A stretch of 64,000 nt of DNA from IMG/VR virus record IMGVR_UViG_3300035214_000047, one strand, 5' to 3'. The position numbers were made by a program, and so were the translations under genes. The notes under the pieces were generated by a model, which did not search any database, was not told the DNA's origin, and worked only from the letters and a program-made list of their open reading frames with translations. Shown here piece by piece: positions 56,422 to 64,000 of the stretch; the first letter of the stretch is position 1, and each line of letters opens with the position of its first letter. The DNA comes from an uncultured virus (IMG/VR IMGVR_UViG_3300035214_000047) (lineage: Duplodnaviria; Heunggongvirae; Uroviricota; Caudoviricetes).

Positions 56422-59400
56422 TTATATCGCAAGCGCAATTCCTCTCATATCTCGTACTATTGGTGGATAAGAACTATTGTTTCCTTTTAATACTATTTTA
56501 GTTTGGAATGCTGTAAATGTATTTACATTACTTGCTGAATATTGATATTCTCTAAAGTCATCATCAGCTTCAGAAGCAGTAACCGTTTTGTCTGCTTCAC
56601 CAGCAGTATTAAATGGTGTCCAGTTAATCTCATTTATATTTCTAACTTCATCAGCACTTGTTGTTCTATAATAAACTTCTACTTTAGCACTTGTTCTTAC
56701 TACTTGCGTCAATCTAATATCTAACGCTGTTGAGTTGTTTGTTAACACTACAGGTTTTGTAATATATTTTGAAGCACTTGAAGAACCATTAGCTGCTGTT
56801 TCTGATTGAAACGAAGGTGTATTTCCTGAAGTTGGATTATTTAATCTGTTTGTAATACAAAAAACACTTCTTCTAGCTAAGTCAATAATTGGAGAAATTT
56901 TTGGATTTGTTGTTGACATCTCCATAATAACATAAAAAGATTTTGCACCAGCCATACGAGTAGTTTCATTTGGTGTTGACATAACTGCTTGTGGTTGAGT
57001 AAAGTATATATCATCTGCCAAAGTAACCGATTGTCTATTAGCTTCACTAAGTAAACTATATGGTGTTTGTGTTCCGTGAATTGATTTTGATGTTGTTGTT
57101 CTTACAAATGGAACAATTGAAGTTCCAGGAACTGATAGTGATTGTAGACCACCTAAATTCAATACATCAAATTGTCTATTTTCTGTAGCAGTAACCGCTG
57201 TACCTCCAACATCTCCTGATGAAGTTGCAGTTCCGCTAGTTGTTACATCATAAGTGTCTAAAGTTACATTTGTTATAGCAGTATAATCACCATTAATATC
57301 TGTATGAGCAATACCATTGTGAGTACCATTTGGAACTCCTGCAATAGTAACACACGAATTTGTATCGTGTAAATTATGATTTTTATGATACACTCTAACT
57401 ACACCAGAACTATTTGTTGTTCTAATTGGATTTTGTTTTAATGTTTTAGCACTTAAAGTTTTATTTGATAAGTGAACCGTTCCAGTAACAGCAGAAAACT
57501 CACATCTTTTCATTGTGAATTTAATATCTTCGTTATTCTCAGCAGTCCAAGTTGAACCATTTTGAGATTTAAACATAACACCAGCATATGGTTGTTTTGA
57601 TATTGTTCTACTAGAACCTATATTTGTTTCGCCTAATCTCGCAACATAAGTTTCATAATCATTTGAGTTAGACATAATAACAAAAGAATACTCTACTTGG
57701 TCTTGTATATAAACAGGACTAGGAAAAGTAAATGTTGTTTTTACTGAAGCGTCTGAACTTGTATTAACAGCAGAAGGAATTAAAGTAACTTCTCCAAATG
57801 GAAGTATTTTACTTCCAGGATAACCATTAACCGTATTTCTAATTTGTACGGTTACAGGAATATTTGCGTCTTTAGTAGAGAAATATAAATCTATAGAAGA
57901 TAAACATACTCCACCCTTTTCATCTGTCATAAAAGTTTGTGATAATGGGTCAACCCATCCAACCGTTTGTACTACTTGTCTTGTACTTGTTCTAATAACC
58001 GATTGTTGGTCTGTTACCGTTGTGTTTACACCTCTAAATTCTCTAGTTGAAACAATTGTATCTCTAACCGTATTCAATAGACCTCTAGCAATATATTCAG
58101 CATTAGCAGCTGTAGAAACAGCAGCAGCATCCATAGAGTTAGTACTTGATGAAGTTAATCTAAATGTTCTTTCACCTGTACGCCATCTTGGATTTGTATC
58201 AATTTTTGGATCAGGTATTGAGAAAACACCAGATACAGCACCATTAGCATCCGTAACTAAATTACCTCCAAGTGAACCACTTGTTGGAGTTACATAAGAA
58301 GTTATATCTACATTATCAAAGAAAGGATAAACTCTAGCATTTGGTTTTAATCTCGTTGCAACAAAAGCAACATCCCTGCTTCTAATAAATGGAACAAAAG
58401 CAACATCAATTACTCTATCTCCCATACTTGTTCTAACCGTTTGAGGTACAGCAGTTGTTGTAATTCCTGTTCTACTTTGGTTAACTTGGTTGATAGAAGT
58501 AATGTTAACTCTTTGTCTAACTGCTCTACCGTGTCTCCAAGTACTACCTGTTCTTTGACTACCAATATCCATTATTGGACTTCCAGTCCAATTTGTTTGC
58601 CATTCGTTCCAAACCGTACCAAGTGCTATTTCATTTTGATTAGGAACTCTTCCTTCTCTTAACAATTGGTCCCAAGCACCAGTAGTAGAATTTACTACTA
58701 GTTCAGGTGTTCGTTGTGTTTCTCTCCATTCATCTGAACTTGGAGTTAATTCTATTGTTCCCATCCAACTAAAAATTGCAAATGGATTAACATTAATCGC
58801 TTTAGAAGCGAAAGGTTGATTAATTAAATCTTTTTCTACAAATGGTAATAATAAACAATCACCAATCTTTTGATAGTTAGCAGCCGTTCTATCAGCGTCA
58901 ACTAAAGCTGTTCCGTCTTCATCTACTTCTTCCAACTCAACAGCGTCTTGGTTAAAATGAGGTCTTAATTCTCCTTTTGCATAATCAACTGAACATCTGT
59001 AATCGCTATTTGTAACCTCACCAATACCGTGACCTTTAAAATTATCTACTATAAATCCATTTTTAAATCTATCAAAGCCATCAGCGTCTTGTATTTGTAA
59101 TGATTGAGCAGCAGTTTCTAATAAAGATAATTGAGTATAATATTCAACTCTATCAACTTTCTTTTCAATAGAACCAATATCTCTCATTGTATATCTTCTA
59201 TTATTAATTGTTTCAAAAATTACATCATCCGTTGTTAAGTTATAAGCAGGTAATGAAATTGTGTATAGGTGCATAGCATTATCAATTATATCAGGCGCTT
59301 GTGGTTTAACATCTGGAGCACCAGATAATACTTTAAACTCACCATCTTTTGTTAAGAATAATTTATCTATTCTTCCTTTATAAAATTCGTGGTCTGAATT

Positions 59401-62400
59401 AACAGAAGTTCCAAATTTAACAATATCAATAGTTGAAGCACCTGTACCATCATAACTCCTATTTTGTGTACCAGCATTAATTGTAGTTGCGTCATCTACT
59501 CTAGGTCTGAAATCTAAACAATCTCTTAATCTATAATCGTCACCAGTTGTATCAGAAGTATAAGTTGGAATTAATGTATAATCTATTTGTCCTGAATAAC
59601 TATCTACACTAAAGAAATCTCCATTACCATGTGTAAAATAATTAAATGTAATTAGTAATTGTCCAGTTGGATTTAAACTTCCATCAACTCTTTTTAATCT
59701 TCCAATATCATAGAAGTTATCTCTTTGACCATTGTCTAAAGAAAATCTATCTGTAATGTCTGTATCTCCAGAAACAGGTGTTGTTGAAAAGTCAGCAGCC
59801 ATTTTAACAGAAGCAAGAGAGTAAATATCAGCTTTGCCTAAAGAGATAGTACTTGCTTCACAATCTGCTTGAGTTGTAATAGTTGAAGTCGCATTTGAAG
59901 TTAAAGTTTTTGTTTTTTCGTTTTGTGCTGTTTTACTTAAAGTTCCAATAATTTTTACTTTGTGTCCTTGATGATTAGCACCAAAATCTAAAGTTAAAGT
60001 ACGACCAACAGGTGAACCAGATAACGCAAAACAAGCGTCACCTTCGTGTTGGTTTCCAGTTGTAGATAATTTATCTCCAACAACACCAGCAGAAGAAGAA
60101 CCGCCTTTTGTCATTATGGTTACTGAATAATCTGCTTCTGATTGAGATATAAAAGTCTCTCCAGTATTTGCAGTAATAGTAATATCTCCTGTTGAAGTTA
60201 ATGTTCCAACAAAAGATTTTCTAACCGTAAATGCAGTATCACTTATACCTGAATTTACAATTGTCTTTAATGTTTTAATTGTACTATAAGGTAATTCAAA
60301 GATACCAATATTTTTATCAGCTTCTTGTAATTTTGTTCTTCGTCTAATTACAATTGAACTAGACACAGCAGTTCCACCAATAGCACTTCCTAGTGTTAAT
60401 GCTGAAGAAGATATAATTTCTATAACTTCTCTTGTTGTAATTGTTCCACCTGTATCAGCAAATTGGATTGAATCTCCAACTTTTAATTCTGTATTAAATT
60501 TAGAATTGAAACCTACTACAGATTGTCCACCACCTGATACTGAAATTGTTCCAGATAGTTGTACATTTTCTCCATACGCTGATGATAATTCTGTTTGAGC
60601 AGTATAAGTTGGACTTCCTGCCATTGTAATTTCTTTTACATCACTAGAACCATAACTTGTAAATGCTTTGTTTTCAAATACATCTGTTTTAGTTGTTGCA
60701 GTATTAGAAGAAGTACCACCTGTAACCGTTTCATTAGGTAAAAAATCTCCTTGTACATTTGATACAACTACTTTAGAAGTTGCAATATTTCCACCTGTAC
60801 CTGCGCCTGTGTGACCAGTTCCGTCAACAGCAGTTCCGCTTGAGTCATATAATGCAAATTCTCTTTTAGCAGTACCACCAATTACTTGTTTAACATAATA
60901 AACATTATCATTTAATTCTGTTTGTGTACTAACACTAGTAATTGTTATTGCGTCACCATTTTTAATATCTAAATCAGCAGCCATTGTTATAACAACAGGA
61001 TCAGCAGCTGTAGATGAAGAGATTGTAGAAGTTGTATTTGTAGATACACTTTCAACAACAGCAGTTGCACCAGAAGAAGAACCTGTTAAAGTTTCACCAG
61101 TTGTAAATGCTTGGCTAGTAGTAATACCTATATGACTAAACATTTCTATATCAAATAGATAATGTTTATAAATTTCACTTGTTGATGGACTTATATTTCC
61201 TGAACCTGATATTGCGGCTCCTGTACTTGCGTTATATTCAAAACCTTTAGATTTGGCACGACCAATATCTAATATTAAATTTTCATTATTTGCAGTAATT
61301 GTTCCAGCAGCATAAGTTGGTGAAGAAAGTTTTAATTGTAATGCTTTAAAGGCTTCTGTTTCTCCTGTTATAAAATTTACATCTGGAGAACCATATACAT
61401 TAGATACATTAACATAATTTCCAACATCAAATTTTGTAGGGAAACCACTTTCAGTTCCAAATGTTCTTGCCTTATCTATTGTAACAAATTCGGTTCCTAC
61501 TTTTTCTATTTCGTATCCTTTAACATATGCTTTTCCTGGAGATAATCCTAATGCAAGTTTAGTTTCTAAACCACCATTTCCTGATGTATAAATTCCTCTA
61601 TTATCTCCTGAACTTAAATGTTCTCTAACATCTAAATCAAAAGTTCTTATAGTATAATCTCCACTTTCATCACTTGTTCTACGAGCAAGAGTATCTTCTA
61701 AAATAGCATATTCAGTACTTCTAACTATATTTTGTAAAGCACCACTACTTAATCTTAATAATTCTATAAAGTTTGTATCTGTAATTGCAGTTAAAGCAAG
61801 TTTACTAAGTGTTAATGCAATTTTAAATCTGTGAGCACCTGGAGCATTTACATTTGAAGAACCTTGAGCATTATCTACAAGTGTACTATCGTTGTTAGGT
61901 GTTACAAAACTTTCTGTGATTGTTAAACCAATTCTATATGATGGTTCGTTTGTATATTTGTCTAATACTAAAGTTTGTTTATCAACATTAACAGCATACC
62001 CATTAATGTAATAAGTACCAGCAGCAACTGAAGCAGCTGAACCTGTATATGATTCTGTACATACAGCAGTTAGATTACCTAAACTTGCGTGTACTGCTAC
62101 CATTGATTCACCAGCAACAAAGTCGTTTGTATTATTACCTACACCAGTTTTATTATATTTAACATATAAAGTATTTGGGTCAGTTGAAGTTGCAATATCA
62201 ACAGCAACAATCTTCGCTTCAACAGCAGAAGTTTGTCCTATTAAAGTAAGTCCAACAAAATCTGATAATGTACTTGTACCTGTAAATGAAGTTAACTTAA
62301 CAGAATAGTATTGTAAGTCGTAAGTAATCTCACCAGGTATCATCTGAGCACCACTTTCAAATATGTGGTTACCCATTTTTTCAATCTGATTTTGTAAGAT

Positions 62401-62529
62401 TGTCTGTGATTGTGTTAACTCTCTAGCCTGTACAGCAAAAGCTGGTCTGAATAATATTCTATGGAAGCTTTTACTTTCCGAGAAATCATCATAATAAGGC
62501 GAGAGATTAAAGTCAGTTGGACTTGGCAT
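56422..62529 (-). CDS. Very large baseplate-associated virion protein (VrlC/DUF4815-like)
   Basis: NLSPYYDDF..RILFRP..VQARELTQSQTILQNQIE, APGAHR, GKAYVKGYE, RFKNGFIVDNF, DPLSQTF. Confidence 0.88.
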   Translation of the reverse strand: MPSPTDFNLSPYYDDFSESKSFHRILFRPAFAVQARELTQSQTILQNQIEKMGNHIFESGAQMIPGEITYDLQYYSVKLTSFTGTSTLSDFVGLTLIGQTSAVEAKIVAVDIATSTDPNTLYVKYNKTGVGNNTNDFVAGESMVAVHASLGNLTAVCTESYTGSAASVAAGTYYINGYAVNVDKQTLVLDKYTNEPSYRIGLTITESFVTPNNDSTLVDNAQGSSNVNAPGAHRFKIALTLSKLALTAITDTNFIELLRLSSGALQNIVRSTEYAILEDTLARRTSDESGDYTIRTFDLDVREHLSSGDNRGIYTSGNGGLETKLALGLSPGKAYVKGYEIEKVGTEFVTIDKARTFGTESGFPTKFDVGNYVNVSNVYGSPDVNFITGETEAFKALQLKLSSPTYAAGTITANNENLILDIGRAKSKGFEYNASTGAAISGSGNISPSTSEIYKHYLFDIEMFSHIGITTSQAFTTGETLTGSSSGATAVVESVSTNTTSTISSSTAADPVVITMAADLDIKNGDAITITSVSTQTELNDNVYYVKQVIGGTAKREFALYDSSGTAVDGTGHTGAGTGGNIATSKVVVSNVQGDFLPNETVTGGTSSNTATTKTDVFENKAFTSYGSSDVKEITMAGSPTYTAQTELSSAYGENVQLSGTISVSGGGQSVVGFNSKFNTELKVGDSIQFADTGGTITTREVIEIISSSALTLGSAIGGTAVSSSIVIRRRTKLQEADKNIGIFELPYSTIKTLKTIVNSGISDTAFTVRKSFVGTLTSTGDITITANTGETFISQSEADYSVTIMTKGGSSSAGVVGDKLSTTGNQHEGDACFALSGSPVGRTLTLDFGANHQGHKVKIIGTLSKTAQNEKTKTLTSNATSTITTQADCEASTISLGKADIYSLASVKMAADFSTTPVSGDTDITDRFSLDNGQRDNFYDIGRLKRVDGSLNPTGQLLITFNYFTHGNGDFFSVDSYSGQIDYTLIPTYTSDTTGDDYRLRDCLDFRPRVDDATTINAGTQNRSYDGTGASTIDIVKFGTSVNSDHEFYKGRIDKLFLTKDGEFKVLSGAPDVKPQAPDIIDNAMHLYTISLPAYNLTTDDVIFETINNRRYTMRDIGSIEKKVDRVEYYTQLSLLETAAQSLQIQDADGFDRFKNGFIVDNFKGHGIGEVTNSDYRCSVDYAKGELRPHFNQDAVELEEVDEDGTALVDADRTAANYQKIGDCLLLPFVEKDLINQPFASKAINVNPFAIFSWMGTIELTPSSDEWRETQRTPELVVNSTTGAWDQLLREGRVPNQNEIALGTVWNEWQTNWTGSPIMDIGSQRTGSTWRHGRAVRQRVNITSINQVNQSRTGITTTAVPQTVRTSMGDRVIDVAFVPFIRSRDVAFVATRLKPNARVYPFFDNVDITSYVTPTSGSLGGNLVTDANGAVSGVFSIPDPKIDTNPRWRTGERTFRLTSSSTNSMDAAAVSTAANAEYIARGLLNTVRDTIVSTREFRGVNTTVTDQQSVIRTSTRQVVQTVGWVDPLSQTFMTDEKGGVCLSSIDLYFSTKDANIPVTVQIRNTVNGYPGSKILPFGEVTLIPSAVNTSSDASVKTTFTFPSPVYIQDQVEYSFVIMSNSNDYETYVARLGETNIGSSRTISKQPYAGVMFKSQNGSTWTAENNEDIKFTMKRCEFSAVTGTVHLSNKTLSAKTLKQNPIRTTNSSGVVRVYHKNHNLHDTNSCVTIAGVPNGTHNGIAHTDINGDYTAITNVTLDTYDVTTSGTATSSGDVGGTAVTATENRQFDVLNLGGLQSLSVPGTSIVPFVRTTTSKSIHGTQTPYSLLSEANRQSVTLADDIYFTQPQAVMSTPNETTRMAGAKSFYVIMEMSTTNPKISPIIDLARRSVFCITNRLNNPTSGNTPSFQSETAANGSSSASKYITKPVVLTNNSTALDIRLTQVVRTSAKVEVYYRTTSADEVRNINEINWTPFNTAGEADKTVTASEADDDFREYQYSASNVNTFTAFQTKIVLKGNNSSYPPIVRDMRGIALAI

Positions 62530-62541
62530 TCATTTCCCTCT

Positions 62542-64000
62542 TTAAAATTCTATGATTAACTTAACATTCTCCGTTTGGTCAACACTTCGGGTTACTGGCG
62601 CTCTGTTTTCAATGTACATTACATCGCCAGAGTCAGCGTCTATTTCGGAAGTAGAATAACCTGAAACTAAAGAAACATTGTTAACCGTTTCGGTTGTGCC
62701 TGTTGGTGTGCCTGTTGCAGTTGAAGTGCCTCCTGTTACCACATTGGTACCAGAAAAAGCAGTCATATTTCCATTTGCGTCAACACCTTCATCATCATAT
62801 CTTGTTTGTATATAATATAAAATTAAATTTGCAGTATCCCATTGTACGACTTTACCAACAGCACCTGTATTTGTTTGTGTAATCTTTTCGTCAGCAACAA
62901 AAGTTCCTGCACCTGCGTCAAATCTAATTGCTTTAGTTCCTCTTAATGTTGTTGTACTAGCAGCCGAACCACCAGCTAAAGGGTCTCTAATTAAAGCAAC
63001 TCTTCTAAAATCGTTTTGTGTAGCAAAGTCTCCAGAGTTAGCAGTTTCAGCACCTTCAAAAGAAGTATTAAGTATTATAAAGAAAGCACCTAATTCTTCA
63101 AATGGGTCAAAACCGTGTCCGCCTTTTGGTTCTGTAATTACATCTAACTCAGCACCTATTAAATTTGTACCACCAGCGGCAACAATATCTGCCACTCTAA
63201 CATATCCAAAAGAATAGTTAATTGGTGTTCCTGTAACCACAACCGTAGTAACCGAACCTGAAGCAATAGTTACCGAACAAGTTCCTCCAGAACCATCTCC
63301 TCTAATTGCAATGCCTGTATGTGTTCCATCAGTACCACCTGTACCAGCAGCCTTAATTTTAATAATTGATATGTCGCCATCTACAGCAGCATTTTGTACA
63401 GAAGAGTTTGTAGAAACTCCCATAAAATCTGTTGATAAGAAATTTGCTTGTGAACTTGCAGATAAAGTAAACATATATTTCCATTTATAACTATCTGCTG
63501 TTTCTAATATATTAACACTTTCTCCAGTTGGTTCAACCGTTGACGCTGAGTTGTCATTATTGTCTAAACATTTATAGACTTTAAAATTTGTATTCAATAC
63601 ATAGAAGTTTGCGTCATATAAATTTGTTGCTCCTGAATTTGCAGATTGAGTAGTAGTAGTACCTGTTATTCTATTACCATAATCGTTTCTGTAAATATCA
63701 TAAGTTGTTCCTGTTGCCCAATTTATTCTAGGACAAGCAAAAGCAACATCTGAGCTTGTAATTTTTTTAGCAGCCAGTAAATCATCAAAAGTATCATATT
63801 CATCTTGTACTGAATCTGCTGGTGTTATAGGAGCTGAATCAGTTCCTATGTTATCTGTCCTTCCATCTGCTCTAGTTTTTGTTCCAAACGCAGTTGGTTT
63901 TCCTATTCCTAGGTAATAGACATTTGGAGCTGCCTCACCAAAAGATTCCTCAAATTGTTGAGCATTGTTTCGTCTAAATTTACTTGTTATAATTGCTGGC
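62542..64000 (-). CDS. gp8: Baseplate wedge protein gp8 (start just beyond the window edge)
   Basis: The frame stays open upstream of 63597 to the window end (PAIITSKFRRNNA..PRINW..YDIY..FYVLN..VYKCLDN..YKWKYM); C-terminal YIENRAPVTRSVDQTENVKLIIEF. Confidence 0.9.
   Translation of the reverse strand, partial: PAIITSKFRRNNAQQFEESFGEAAPNVYYLGIGKPTAFGTKTRADGRTDNIGTDSAPITPADSVQDEYDTFDDLLAAKKITSSDVAFACPRINWATGTTYDIYRNDYGNRITGTTTTQSANSGATNLYDANFYVLNTNFKVYKCLDNNDNSASTVEPTGESVNILETADSYKWKYMFTLSASSQANFLSTDFMGVSTNSSVQNAAVDGDISIIKIKAAGTGGTDGTHTGIAIRGDGSGGTCSVTIASGSVTTVVVTGTPINYSFGYVRVADIVAAGGTNLIGAELDVITEPKGGHGFDPFEELGAFFIILNTSFEGAETANSGDFATQNDFRRVALIRDPLAGGSAASTTTLRGTKAIRFDAGAGTFVADEKITQTNTGAVGKVVQWDTANLILYYIQTRYDDEGVDANGNMTAFSGTNVVTGGTSTATGTPTGTTETVNNVSLVSGYSTSEIDADSGDVMYIENRAPVTRSVDQTENVKLIIEF

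Noticed and set aside
319..62882. The many plus-strand ORFs in the track (e.g. 55719..56234, 13987..14358, 7561..7821)
   Set aside because: They lie antisense to well-supported minus-strand genes and have no recognisable motifs; treated as shadow ORFs
62542..63597. Track start (TTG at 63597) for gp8
   Set aside because: The frame is open to the window end with conserved gp8 N-terminal sequence, so the real start lies just outside the window
1..64000. Stop-codon reassignment, tRNA genes or rRNA genes
   Set aside because: Core genes translate full length in the standard code; intergenic gaps are short and I saw no cloverleaf-like sequence

Overview
A 64 kb segment of a large, AT-rich T4-like myovirus genome. 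Gene order and auxiliary genes suggest a marine cyanophage/pelagiphage-like virus; the host is an inference. Every credible gene lies on the minus strand. In transcription order the window holds: baseplate wedge gp8, a 2035-aa VrlC-like virion protein and a tail fibre; a roughly 10 kb, tightly coupled modification cluster; a fibre/adhesin block including three RCC1-repeat proteins; a heme oxygenase / bilin reductase operon; the core structural module gp13-gp23 plus gp3; uvsY, uvsW, gp55, gp47 and gp46; peptide deformylase; and a GNAT / PLP enzyme / hydroxylase trio. The standout is the cluster at 44774-54886. It encodes four radical SAM enzymes with SPASM-like Cys-rich tails, two 2OG-Fe(II) oxygenases, a cupin, a glycosyltransferase-like protein and several unknowns. 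These surround a virion-like protein ending in CHSS-CHSS-CHGS-RSRR, which suggests a phage-encoded RiPP-like system modifying a structural protein. No tRNA, rRNA, CRISPR array or mobile element was recognised. All functional calls come from motif recognition by eye; no searches were run.
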